Counted from the stretch's first letter, positions 1 through 10,513 are shown. The stretch is DNA of 64,000 nt from Basidiobolus meristosporus CBS 931.73 (GCA_002104905.1 MCFE01000428.1:12752-76751); one strand, 5' to 3'. Made by a program: numbers and translations. The notes: generated by a model not told the origin, from the letters alone.

Positions 1-619
1 CAATAGTTACAAAGACAGAAAAGTATCTTTGCCTGTACAAGAACAAACTTGGGAAAGAATCAAATATAATAAAAGATACCTACTCTGAGTATTCCTCACA
101 AGTAGTGCCTCCAAGGTCAATTGGCTGTCAGCGCAGTTTCCTGGGAGTGTCCTGTGGTCTGGGGTTGGAAGTTCAGGTAGCAGCAGGTAGCAGTGATCAC
201 ACTAATCAACAAGTTGGTATATTGATAAAAGGGATGATGATTTATTGTTGAGGGATAGCCTCCCTTATATACTTTTCTTACCGGCTAAGTGATTACTAAT
301 CATGGTGTTCCAGAAGGTTCCGGATATCAATAGAAATCTTAATGACATCAGAATGACCTAAGAATGTTCTAAGTAGGCGCTGGAAGGTTCTAAGAGGCAC
401 AGCACATCCAACCAATCAGGAATCAGTATTCTGAAACCTGTGCAACATGGAGATACCATATATGGTATGGAAATGGTAGGGATGGTGACACGGGCTGATC
501 ATGTGTCACGGGTACTGGTGCGGGTACTTGCCTAATATAGAAGTACTTATAGCTAGTAATCTTACATAAAGTGAGGGGTAACTTATGCAATAAGGTAAGC
601 AGGTGTGATAGTCAACCGG
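1..619 (-). mobile_element. Gypsy-type LTR B, left part (runs off window start; continues at 8933-9061 after element A)
   Basis: 1-150 aligns to 11072-11220 of LTR C; the sequence either side of element A (gtcaaccgg|cttatgggatagtactgat) aligns across gttagccagcttatggcatagcaatgat in LTR D; carries the same TATA/AATAAA core. Confidence 0.85.
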
Positions 620-1423
620 TGTGGTGGTGTAAAGGTACTCCTGGGAGAAGCTACACAACTCAAGGTGTGTGAGGTGTCTGATGGGTGCAATAACCTCTGT
701 GTCTAAACTGCTGGTGTCTTTGTCAATATGTCACTATGGTAAAAGCTCCTGCTTCTTTAGCTTCCTAGGTGCTCCAAGTGTCTCCAAAGGCCTCTGTGTG
801 TCTTGTGCACTACCCTGAAAAGCTCCTTGATGGCAGGTCTTAGATATACTGTTGAAGGCAGGTGCAGTGATCAACTGCTAATCAATAAGGTAGAAGTGTT
901 ACTGATAGAAGGGATGATTTATTGATGAGGGATTGCTTTCCCTTAAATACTTTTCCTGATTGCCAAGTGAATACTAATGACAAGGTTCTAGAAGATTCTA
1001 GGTATCAGTGGAATTCTTGATGACATCACTATGAGCTAAAAATATGCCAAGAATGTCCTGGAAGGTTCTAAAAGGCACAGCACTCTCAACCAATCAGGAA
1101 TCAGTAGTCTGAAACCTGTGCAACATAGAAATACCATATATGGTATTGAAATGGTAGAGATGGTAACACAGACCTAGGTCATGTGTCACGGGTACTGACG
1201 CGGGTACTTGCCTTATATAGATACATCTACTGATCACAAAGCTGAATAACATCTGGGATAACTAATGCTAATAACTAATCAGGGTAAACATCATATGGGG
1301 ATAATACTGATAATATGGGCAAAAGAAGAATGGGATAATACTGATAAGATAAAATATGGATAAGTATATCATAATGACTATATGAATAAACTTGTCTGTG
1401 GGAGGTATGTTTACCCTACCACA
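620..1423 (-). repeat. 3' LTR of element A (804 bp)
   Basis: Direct repeat of 3433-3642 + 8335-8928; one mismatch seen by eye (632 vs 3445). Confidence 0.95.
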
Positions 1424-1436
1424 TCCACCCCCCACT
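1424..1436 (-). promoter_or_regulatory. Polypurine tract of element A
   Basis: Minus strand AGTGGGGGGTGGA directly abuts the TG of the 3' LTR. Confidence 0.85.
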
Positions 1437-1501
1437 TGAGCTAAAAAGTTTCAGGGAACTTTTTAGCTAACCACTGTAAGTTTGGAGAACAAAGTGCTCT
1501 C

Positions 1502-3358
1502 TCAGTCTTCCTCAATGAAGCCACCTGTCCTTTCTTGAGATAGAAATCTACATGATGTCATTGATTGGATATTGTTTGAGTCCACACCACAGAAGGTTGC
1601 TGTTAGTCCTGGGCTCTCTGAGTATATAGTATACCATGCTGAACCATCTGGGTAGTTCACTGCAGTTGCTCTTGCTTTTACTTCCCATGGTCTTCCAAGA
1701 AGTAATTCAAAGTTAGCCTTTGCACAAATGAATACTGGGATCTCATGGGGTATTCCTTCAATGATGAGAGGGAAGCTGTGAATAATTCCTAAAAGCTTTG
1801 ATTGCCCTGAGTTGGCATCCTTCATGCTCCAATTGATATTGGTGTCTATGGGCAATAGGTCTTTGCATGGTAGTTGTTTCCAAGCCTCCAAAGGCATCAC
1901 ACATATCTCAGATCCACTGTCTATATGACATAGGATTTCTTGATTATGCACAGTTCCTGTAGTTGTTGCAGTTGCCACTGAGTAGTAGTGTTTCTGGCTT
2001 TGATGCAGCTTACTGATATCTTGGCTTCCTTGAACTGTCCTGACCTGGTTGCCTTGAGTTGCTTCAATTGGATGCTTTCTTATTCTGATATGCTCATCCA
2101 GAGTCTTTCTTACAGATGGTGATACACTGAGTAGCTCTCCAACCTTGATTGATATGTTGCTTCCTAGTATATGACTTGTCAGAGCGTCTGGGGTACCATT
2201 TTGCTTGACTCTAGGCTGCATGTGGTAGTTGTTGGCCTTGGCAGACTCTTGTAAAATTAATGGGGGTGATGCTTTCTTCTCAATCACAACTTCTGGCTCA
2301 CATCTTGGTACTTTTGTTGCTGGGCCTGGATTAGCCATTTTTTCAGGATGGTGTCTCTTTGAAGCATAAATTGAAGCTATATGATTTTGGGCCTCTCTGG
2401 GGTCCTCATAGTCAAAGTTCAGAACTTCAGCTGGATCAAAGTAGTCAGGATCTTCTTCTTCATGGAGGTGAACCTTTCTTGTATGAGAGGTGACTTGCTT
2501 GTAGTGAACTCTCATTCCTCCTTGTCCAAATGCTGTGGATAATTTGTCACCATGCTTACTGACTATGTATCCCTGAGGATTATATAGGACATCACCTGTG
2601 GATAGTAATGACTGAAGCTCTTGGCAATTTCTTTTGGAATGGTTGGCAGAGTCACACCACATGCATGTATATTTGACTTCTTTCTCTACTGGCTTCTGAC
2701 CATATGCTTTGCTGGCAAGTAGCAAAGAGAGTTTCTCTAGTTGCTGTGTCAGCTCCTGAATTTGAGTGCTTTGATTGCTGGGATTAAGTATGTCTTGGCT
2801 ATCTTGGTTTTGTTCTGGGCTTGAAAGAAGCTTTCTGATTGGTGAGGTTTCTTCAGGGGCAAGTCGAATCTGCTTAGCTAACTGAAATGCAGGCAGTGAA
2901 CTCATAGCTTTCACAGTAGGATTGTTTTCAATCCTTCTCACCAGGCCTTCTGGTAGTGCTCTGAGCAGATAGGCAGATAAAGTCAGATCAGTGATAATGC
3001 CTTGGGCTTTCAGTGACTCTCCAATTTGCTCAAGGCCACTCAAGTATTCTTTCAATGGTAGCAGCTTAAACTTGCTATAAGCAAAGTTCTCCAAGTCTTG
3101 AAGTGTGTAGTCAACTTGTCTCTCTCCATATTCATCAATCAAGTAGCTCTTCAAGAGGGTCCAATTTGTCAGCAGATCATTTCTTTCATATAAAGAGAGC
3201 ATGATCTCATCAGTGCTGTAGGGGGGCATCTCTTCAGCCATAATGGCCTCAGGTATTTTGTGGGCTCTGCAGAAAAGCTCCCACCTCTTGATGAAAGCTT
3301 TAACTTTGGTTCCATCAAAGAAAGGAGTTCCTTGCATTCCTGGTAAAGGTAGATCCAT
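1502..3358 (-). CDS. Retrotransposon Gag-aspartic protease, 618 aa, no RT/RNaseH/integrase
   Basis: CCHC knuckle CMWCDSANHSKRNC; retropepsin motifs IDSGSEI and LLGRPW; ATG start; stop only 78 bp from the LTR. Confidence 0.9.
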   Translation of the reverse strand: MDLPLPGMQGTPFFDGTKVKAFIKRWELFCRAHKIPEAIMAEEMPPYSTDEIMLSLYERNDLLTNWTLLKSYLIDEYGERQVDYTLQDLENFAYSKFKLLPLKEYLSGLEQIGESLKAQGIITDLTLSAYLLRALPEGLVRRIENNPTVKAMSSLPAFQLAKQIRLAPEETSPIRKLLSSPEQNQDSQDILNPSNQSTQIQELTQQLEKLSLLLASKAYGQKPVEKEVKYTCMWCDSANHSKRNCQELQSLLSTGDVLYNPQGYIVSKHGDKLSTAFGQGGMRVHYKQVTSHTRKVHLHEEEDPDYFDPAEVLNFDYEDPREAQNHIASIYASKRHHPEKMANPGPATKVPRCEPEVVIEKKASPPLILQESAKANNYHMQPRVKQNGTPDALTSHILGSNISIKVGELLSVSPSVRKTLDEHIRIRKHPIEATQGNQVRTVQGSQDISKLHQSQKHYYSVATATTTGTVHNQEILCHIDSGSEICVMPLEAWKQLPCKDLLPIDTNINWSMKDANSGQSKLLGIIHSFPLIIEGIPHEIPVFICAKANFELLLGRPWEVKARATAVNYPDGSAWYTIYSESPGLTATFCGVDSNNIQSMTSCRFLSQERTGGFIEED

Positions 3359-3411
3359 GGTCTTGATAATTTGTTCTTTCTTAAGTCTTCTAGGGGCAGT
3401 TCAGTCAAACC

Positions 3412-3428
3412 CCCCACGTTGGGTGCCA
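3412..3428 (-). promoter_or_regulatory. Primer-binding site, tRNA-Lys(CUU)-type
   Basis: TGGCACCCAACGTGGGG, one transition from the known Lys1,2 PBS TGGCGCCCAACGTGGGG; 4-nt spacer TATT after the LTR CA. Confidence 0.85.
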
Positions 3429-4003
3429 AATATGTGGTGGTGTAGAGGTACTCCTGGGAGAAGCTACACAACTCAAGGTGTGTGAGGTGTCTGATGGGTG
3501 CAATAACCTCTGTGTCTAAACTGCTGGTGTCTTTGTCAATATGTCACTATGGTAAAAGCTCCTGCTTCTTTAGCTTCCTAGGTGCTCCAAGTGTCTCCAA
3601 AGGCCTCTGTGTGTCTTGTGCACTACCCTGAAAAGCTCCTTGTGTTGTAAGAGTCTTGGAGATATTGGAAGTGATTGGGAGAACAAGTAGATTATGTGGT
3701 TTTCACTTAATGATTTATTGAATGTAAAAGTAGTATTTATACTTTTACATGGTCTTGGCATTACAAACACGTAGAATAGGTTAAGGAAGGTCCCAAGAAC
3801 ATGTGTGCAAAGTTTGGGGCTGTTTGGACAACTTTGAGAATTTTCATGTTCTGGGTACCTGGTATTTTGGTGAAAATATTCTAAGTAAATCCCGACAAGG
3901 AATTTGGTCAGTATTCTCTAGGATTTGAAGATGATGATCTAAGTGACTAAGTTAGGTGAATATTTAGGTGGAAAATACGAATTTTTACAACACTCCCACT
4001 CAG

Positions 4004-7000
4004 CTAAATGTTCATACTGACTAGTCCTAATTTTGACCTAAGATATTCAAACTTGTCTCTAGCTAATGGTTTGGTAAATATGTCTGCAATCATTTCATCT
4101 GTAGGACAGTAAACTAAGCTAACTAAGTTATTCTCTATAGCTTCACGTATGAAATGATGTCTAATATCTATGTGCTTGGTTCTAGCATGAAAAGTTGGAT
4201 TTCTACCTAATTGTATACATCCTTGATTATCTTGAAATAAAGTAATAGGCGTTTTTTGACATAGGCCTAAATCTGTAAAGAGCTTTCTTAACCACATTGC
4301 TTCTTTTGTAGCTTCACAGGCTGCCATATACTCTGCCTCTGTAGTAGAAAGTGCTACGGTTGGTTGCTTTCTTGAATTCCATGAAATGGCTCCTTTACAG
4401 TAAAGAAAGGTGTATCCTGTGGTGGATCTTCTGTCTTCTAAATTTCGTCCCCAATCAGCATCAGAGTATCCCACAAGATCCTGTTCTGAATCCTTATAAG
4501 TGTATCTTAAACAGATATCAGCAGTTCCTTTTAGGTATCTAAAAATCCGCTTAACTGCTGCAATATGATCAGATCCATAATTCTGATTATGTTGGCTGAC
4601 AACTCCCACTGAATATGAGATATCTGGACGTGTTCCAAGCATGATATACATCAGACTGCCGACCATAGATTGATAAGGAAAGTCAGGGCTTTCAGATGGC
4701 ACCAAGCTCTCTTGATTTGGTTGAGTTTTGACCAAGTTAAGGTTTGTCTCCATTGGGGTAGCTGCCGGTTTACAGTCTTCCATTTTGTACTTCTTTAGTA
4801 TATCTTGAATATACTTGGATTGGCTTAGGGTAATAGTCTGGGTACTTCTGTCTATGGAGAACTTAATCCCTAAGTAGTAACTAAGTTCTCCTAGATCGGA
4901 CATCTTGAACTCCTTAGATAGGCTGGATTTAGTCTCTTCCAATGTTTCTAGGTTATTGGCGGCTATAATAAGATCATCCACATATAGAGCTAATAGAACT
5001 GGATTTGCTCTATCTGGCTTATAGTATATACTATAGTCAGCATTACTCCTTTTGAAACTCAAAGATTCCAAATAAGAATCTATCTTGCAATTCCAGGCTC
5101 TCGGTGATTGTTTGAGACCATATAGTGACTTTTTAAGCTTGCAGACCAAATGGGGGTTATCTTGGTCAACAAAACCATCAGGCTGGTCCATATACACGTC
5201 CTCATCAAGTTCTCCATTCAAAAATGCAGTTTTTACATCCATTTGATGAATAAAAAACTTATATTTGGCTGCAATAGCCAATATTAATCTGATGGAATTA
5301 AACTTGGCTACCGGTGCAAAGGTCTCAGTATAGTCAAGTCCTTTTGTTTGAGAGTATCCTTTGGCTACAAGTCTTGCTTTGTATCTTTCAATTGTACCAT
5401 CAGCCTTGTATTTTGTCTTGAAGACCCATCTGCATCCAATTGATTTTTGGTTGATTGGTAATTTGACTAAGTCCCAAGTTTGATTTTCCATCAGGGCCTG
5501 ATATTCCTCAGTCATTGCAGATCTCCAAAACTTCGTCTGAGGGCTATTTAGGGCCTCTTTTACAGTCTGGGGTTCATCAACATGGACTGAATAGGCATAG
5601 GCTAAGTTTGTACCCTCATTGATATAGTAATTTGGGCTATTTCTTGTCCGATTGGATCTCCGGGCATTTGATACTGGAATGATCACTTCTGGGATATTCC
5701 TGGGCACTGATTCTGGCTGAACCACGGTTGTAGAGTCCTCTGGAGTGAAAAAATTTTCATTGTTTTGCTCTGATTCAATCCTGACAATTGGTGGACTTGA
5801 GATCAAATTTTCGTCATCATCTGATGTCATTTTTTGTGAAAATTTTGAATTTTCATCAAACAACACATCCCTGGACTTGATCAGCTTCTTTGCTTCGGTA
5901 TTGTAGAGTCTGTATGCCTTACTCTCATTGCAGTAGCCCAAAAATATGCATTTTACACTTTTTGGCTCAAATTTTGACTGATTTCCGGCCAGTTTTTTGG
6001 CATATGCTGTACACCCAAATATTCTTAGATGTTCTGCACTTGGTCTGTATCCATACCATGCTTCAAATGGAGTAGAATCACGAAGTATTCTGTTATAACT
6101 CCTATTTTTAAGATATACAGCAGTGGCAACTGATTCCGCCCAAAAATCATAGGATAATTTTTGATCATGGATCATAGATCTTGCCATATCAATTATTGAT
6201 CTGTTAGCTCGTTCTGCTACTCCATTTTGCTGTGGGGAGTATGGTACAGTAGTCTCTTGCTTTATCCCATGAATTTTGCAGAAGTGGATGAAGAGTTTTG
6301 AGGTATATTCTCCACCATTGTCAGAGCGTATTTTCTTGATTTTTTCACCAGTTTCTCTCTCCACCATGGCTTTGAACTCCCTGAGCTTAGACAGAGCTTC
6401 TTCCTTTCTCTCCATGAAGTAGACCCATGTGTATCTTGTATAATCATCAATAAAAGTGATTAAATACTTCATCCCGCCTAAGGATAAATTTTGCATAGGT
6501 CCACACAGATCTGAGTGAATTAGATCTAATTTTTTCTTAGTTTTGATTAACCCAGAGCTCTTGAACGGTTGTCTGGCTTGTTTCCCATATATGCAGGCTT
6601 CACAGTGCTCCAAAATAGCTGGGGGATCAATTTTCACTCCAGAAATTAGCTGATCTTTGATCATTTTACGCAAATAATCAAAATTGATGTGTCCAAATCT
6701 CCTGTGCCAAAGCATTGGTGTTTCTTCATTTAAGTTACTTATATTGGCTTCCAGATATGATGGAATATAAGTCAACTTGTATAGGTTCTGATCTCTGATG
6801 CCCGAAGCAATATGGGCACCATTTTGATCAGTGATCCTGCATCCAGAATTGTCAAAACTGAAACTGAGTCCTTCTGCTGTGGCCTTGCTTACAGAGAGTA
6901 GGTTCTTGGCTATTTCTGGTACATAGAGTACTTCTTTAAAGGTCAGTGTATGGCTTCCTTCACTGCTTCTAAGGTTTACTTGGATAGTTCCTTCTCCCAC

Positions 7001-7975
7001 TGCATCAAGTGTTCTATCGTCACCCATGAAAACCTTCTTAATTGGAATTTCTTGATATTGGGTAAAAAGTTCTTTTTGGTGTGTAAAGTGTTGAGAAGCT
7101 CCAGAGTCAATATACCACGTCTGAGAATCCTTGTTTGTGGTCATATTTAGTGCAGATATGAATAGTCTATCTTCAGTTGTTACAGCATTTCCATATTCAG
7201 GCTTCTTTTGCTGATAATCTCTCTTTTTGAAACACCGGTCTGATGTGTGTCCTTTCCTTTTGCAGTAGTTGCAAAATAGGTTGCTGTTGCCTTTGTAGGG
7301 TCTTGGGTACCTCCTTTGTTGGTTATCATTGCTTATTAAAGCATTTTCTTCTTCCTTCTTATTGGCGCTTGATTTTCTTAATTCTTCATCCAGGAGCCTT
7401 CCATATACGTAATTTAAGGTCAAATCTTCAGTTCTGGACTCTAGGGCTGATACAAGGCCCTGAAACTCGTCTGTCAGGCTATTCAGGATGGTAACTATCA
7501 CATCCTCATCAGTAGTTGGTACGCCCACAGATTCCATCTCATCTACCAGCAGGGTAATTCTGTTAATTAGATTTTTCATTTCTTCTCCTGGCAGCATCTT
7601 TGTAGTAAAGAATTTTCTTCTCAGATACATTTTCTTGGCAGCTGAACATGACTGGTAGGTGTCTTCTAATGCTTTCCAGGCATTCTTTGCCGTTTTTGCT
7701 CTTGAGCATTGAATTAGCAATTTGTCCTTGACATTAAGGCAAATGCAGTTAAAGGCACTTTGTTCTTTCTTCTGGTACTTCAAGGCTTCCTCTCCCACGT
7801 TTTTAGGAGGGCATTCTTCTCCCATGACAATATCCCAAAGGCCTCTTTCTTGTAGCAGCATCTTCATCTTCACCTTCCACACTTGGTAGTTAGATCCATC
7901 CAACTTTTCAGCAGAGGGAAAAATTCCAGTAATAGCAGTAGTAGACATTGCAGAGAGTGACAGCTCGGGGCTCAT
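4004..7975 (-). CDS. Copia Gag-Pol polyprotein (Gag-PR-IN-RT-RH); start at 7975 or 7948
   Basis: KLDGSNY, CNYCKRKGHTSDRC, WYIDSGAS, LWHRRFGH/CEAC, SDLCGP-DDYTR-SDNGGEY-NGVAER, KARLVAKG, QMDVKTAFL, YVDDL, YSDADW, EAEY, KHIDIRHH in copia order. Confidence 0.97.
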   Translation of the reverse strand: MSPELSLSAMSTTAITGIFPSAEKLDGSNYQVWKVKMKMLLQERGLWDIVMGEECPPKNVGEEALKYQKKEQSAFNCICLNVKDKLLIQCSRAKTAKNAWKALEDTYQSCSAAKKMYLRRKFFTTKMLPGEEMKNLINRITLLVDEMESVGVPTTDEDVIVTILNSLTDEFQGLVSALESRTEDLTLNYVYGRLLDEELRKSSANKKEEENALISNDNQQRRYPRPYKGNSNLFCNYCKRKGHTSDRCFKKRDYQQKKPEYGNAVTTEDRLFISALNMTTNKDSQTWYIDSGASQHFTHQKELFTQYQEIPIKKVFMGDDRTLDAVGEGTIQVNLRSSEGSHTLTFKEVLYVPEIAKNLLSVSKATAEGLSFSFDNSGCRITDQNGAHIASGIRDQNLYKLTYIPSYLEANISNLNEETPMLWHRRFGHINFDYLRKMIKDQLISGVKIDPPAILEHCEACIYGKQARQPFKSSGLIKTKKKLDLIHSDLCGPMQNLSLGGMKYLITFIDDYTRYTWVYFMERKEEALSKLREFKAMVERETGEKIKKIRSDNGGEYTSKLFIHFCKIHGIKQETTVPYSPQQNGVAERANRSIIDMARSMIHDQKLSYDFWAESVATAVYLKNRSYNRILRDSTPFEAWYGYRPSAEHLRIFGCTAYAKKLAGNQSKFEPKSVKCIFLGYCNESKAYRLYNTEAKKLIKSRDVLFDENSKFSQKMTSDDDENLISSPPIVRIESEQNNENFFTPEDSTTVVQPESVPRNIPEVIIPVSNARRSNRTRNSPNYYINEGTNLAYAYSVHVDEPQTVKEALNSPQTKFWRSAMTEEYQALMENQTWDLVKLPINQKSIGCRWVFKTKYKADGTIERYKARLVAKGYSQTKGLDYTETFAPVAKFNSIRLILAIAAKYKFFIHQMDVKTAFLNGELDEDVYMDQPDGFVDQDNPHLVCKLKKSLYGLKQSPRAWNCKIDSYLESLSFKRSNADYSIYYKPDRANPVLLALYVDDLIIAANNLETLEETKSSLSKEFKMSDLGELSYYLGIKFSIDRSTQTITLSQSKYIQDILKKYKMEDCKPAATPMETNLNLVKTQPNQESLVPSESPDFPYQSMVGSLMYIMLGTRPDISYSVGVVSQHNQNYGSDHIAAVKRIFRYLKGTADICLRYTYKDSEQDLVGYSDADWGRNLEDRRSTTGYTFLYCKGAISWNSRKQPTVALSTTEAEYMAACEATKEAMWLRKLFTDLGLCQKTPITLFQDNQGCIQLGRNPTFHARTKHIDIRHHFIREAIENNLVSLVYCPTDEMIADIFTKPLARDKFEYLRSKLGLVSMNI

Positions 7976-7979
7976 AACC
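7968..7979 (-). promoter_or_regulatory. Internal (half-tRNA) tRNAi-Met PBS
   Basis: GGTTATGAGCCC immediately after the LTR; complementary to the anticodon stem-loop of initiator tRNA-Met, as established for Drosophila copia and yeast Ty5. Repeated at 37200 and 57650. Confidence 0.9.
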
Positions 7980-8932
7980 TGTTGTAAGAGTCTTGGAGAT
8001 ATTGGAAGTGATTGGGAGAACAAGTAGATTATGTGGTTTTCACTTAATGATTTATTGAATGTAAAAGTAGTATTTATACTTTTACATGGTCTTGGCATTA
8101 CAAACACGTAGAATAGGTTAAGGAAGGTCCCAAGAACATGTGTGCAAAGTTTGGGGCTGTTTGGACAACTTTGAGAATTTTCATGTTCTGGGTACCTGGT
8201 ATTTTGGTGAAAATATTCTAAGTAAATCCCGACAAGGAATTTGGTCAGTATTCTCTAGGATTTGAAGATGATGATCTAAGTGACTAAGTTAGGTGAATAT
8301 TTAGGTGGAAAATACGAATTTTTACAACACCTTGATGGCAGGTCTTAGATATACTGTTGAAGGCAGGTGCAGTGATCAACTGCTAATCAATAAGGTAGAA
8401 GTGTTACTGATAGAAGGGATGATTTATTGATGAGGGATTGCTTTCCCTTAAATACTTTTCCTGATTGCCAAGTGAATACTAATGACAAGGTTCTAGAAGA
8501 TTCTAGGTATCAGTGGAATTCTTGATGACATCACTATGAGCTAAAAATATGCCAAGAATGTCCTGGAAGGTTCTAAAAGGCACAGCACTCTCAACCAATC
8601 AGGAATCAGTAGTCTGAAACCTGTGCAACATAGAAATACCATATATGGTATTGAAATGGTAGAGATGGTAACACAGACCTAGGTCATGTGTCACGGGTAC
8701 TGACGCGGGTACTTGCCTTATATAGATACATCTACTGATCACAAAGCTGAATAACATCTGGGATAACTAATGCTAATAACTAATCAGGGTAAACATCATA
8801 TGGGGATAATACTGATAATATGGGCAAAAGAAGAATGGGATAATACTGATAAGATAAAATATGGATAAGTATATCATAATGACTATATGAATAAACTTGT
8901 CTGTGGGAGGTATGTTTACCCTACCACACCGG

Positions 8933-9061
8933 CTTATGGGATAGTACTGATTGGGTAAGACAAATGGTATAAAACTAAAATAAGTGTAGTAGAGATATAG
9001 GGAAGTAGAAAATAAGGGAATGAGCACATCTGTCAGTGGGTGTCACTGTCACCCCACTACA
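8933..9061 (-). mobile_element. Gypsy-type LTR B, right part
   Basis: Ends ...CCCCACTACA like LTR C (11822) and LTR D (14078); no PPT beyond it; it interrupts the gag of element C. Confidence 0.85.
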
Positions 9062-10394
9062 GCGTTGTCATCCTTTTTGTGGTCTCATGGCTTGTCTGGA
9101 TTATATGGGTGTCCATATGTTCAACAACTTGTCTTCTTGTTCTAAGCTGCTCATCAAAGATCTTCCTAACAGACGGTGATACACTCATGATTTCTCCAAC
9201 TGACAAAGTGAGGTTCTGCTTCAGTAGTTTCTCAGTAATCAATTGGGGGCTTGAGTAGCCTGCTATCTTTGAGGTCATCTGAAAGTGAGGTAATGGGTCT
9301 TGGGTGGGCAGTGTTCCAGGCCTATTGTCAATAATAACCTCAGGCTCTTCAAATTGTGGTCTTCTAAGGATGGGTTTGACAGGTTCTTCAGGAAGGTGTC
9401 TCTTAGTAGCAAAGGTGTCTACTTCATATTTTCTGTTGTCAGGGCTGTTGGGACTCACTGTATGAGTCTCAATAGGGGCATCAACAGTAATCTTTCTAGT
9501 TGCTGAGTCAGACTTCTGGAAAAGGGCTCTCATTCCACCTCTTTGGAAATTAGTGGGAATCCTTTTTCCTTCCTTATCAGCAAGCATTCCATCAGCATCA
9601 AACTGTACTGTTCCTTCTCTAAGTAGCTGGCTAAGCTCTGAGCATTCTTGTCTGGCATGCTGAGTAGAGTCACACCAAATGCAGTGTCTAGGCAAAGCTC
9701 TTTGGCCCTCAGTAGCTACCTCAGCTGTGCCGTTAATCTTGAGGGCTAGCTTTTGTAGCTGTTCAGCAAGTTGGTCCATTCTGTTGGTTGTGTAGGTCTG
9801 ATTGTCAGCAACAGCACTCTTTAGCTCCTTGGTTGGCTGGTCTGGCAGATTAGATGTCAGGAGTCTCATAAAGGTAGAAGTTTGCTTTGCCTCTAGGAGT
9901 ACATGTTTCATCTCTGCAAAGCAAGGAATGCCAGACTTGTCATCCTTGGCTGCATGTAGGTCAACTTTCCTTGCCAATTCCTGGGGAAGCCCTTGTGCAA
10001 GGTAAAGTGTCATGGTAAACTCAGTTATTGCCTGGGACTCTAGGAGTGGCTTGGCCATATCTTCATATTGTTGAATGAACTCTTCAAGTGGTAGCTTGGA
10101 GAGTCTCATCCTTCCAAAGTGTCTGAGGTCTTCAATTCCATAGTATATCTGGGGTCTGCCATACTTGGTCTGTAGGTAGGTCTTCATTAAGGTCCAGTCA
10201 GTCAGAATGTCTCCTTGTCTGAGAAGCTTAGTAGTAATATCATTGGTGCAGTAGTAGGGGAAGTCTTCAGCCATTTCTTGTTCAAATAGGCTGCACATCT
10301 TGCAGAGCTTCTCCCATTTGAATATGAAGCTCTCCACATTCTTTCCATCAAACTGTGGGGCTCCATGTGAGAGTGGTAACAGCATAGAGTTCAT
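9062..10394 (-). pseudogene. Gag of element C, truncated just before the protease by LTR B
   Basis: Homologous to the A protein (APQFDGKNVESFI vs TPFFDGTKVKAFI; CIWCDSTQHARQEC; SVSPSVRK in both); the ORF stop lies inside LTR B. Confidence 0.88.
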
Positions 10395-10513
10395 TTTGGG
10401 TGGATAGGTTGGTGTTGTAGTCTTGATAATATTGGTAGTCTTGCTTCAATAAATGGGTAACGGCTCAAATCTTCAGGTAAATCTTGTTGGGTCCTAGGGA
10501 GCTTGTATGAACC

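Larger units (their letters stand above)
3643..8329 (-). mobile_element. Intact Ty1/copia retrotransposon (copy 1, 4687 bp)
   Basis: 350-bp LTRs 3643-3992 and 7980-8329 identical by eye, TGTTG...CAACA ends, 5-bp TSD CCTTG (3638-3642, 8330-8334), PPT 3993-4003, uninterrupted polyprotein. Confidence 0.98.
620..8928 (-). mobile_element. Element A: Ty3/gypsy-type LTR element encoding only Gag-protease (3.6 kb without the nested copia)
   Basis: 804-bp LTRs with TGTGGT...ACCACA termini, PBS at 3412-3428, PPT at 1424-1436, 4-bp TSD CCGG at 616-619 and 8929-8932, single 618-aa ORF. Confidence 0.93.
3433..8928 (-). repeat. 5' LTR of element A, split by the copia insertion (3433-3642 and 8335-8928)
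   Basis: The two parts joined reproduce 620-1423. Confidence 0.95.

Noticed and set aside
7976-8107. N-terminal extension MFVMPRP... of the copia polyprotein, and the same short ORFs at 3570-3770, 33414-33692, 36958, 41407, 57522
   Set aside because: These start inside the LTR upstream of the TATA box, so they are unlikely to be in the transcript; they recur only because the LTR recurs.
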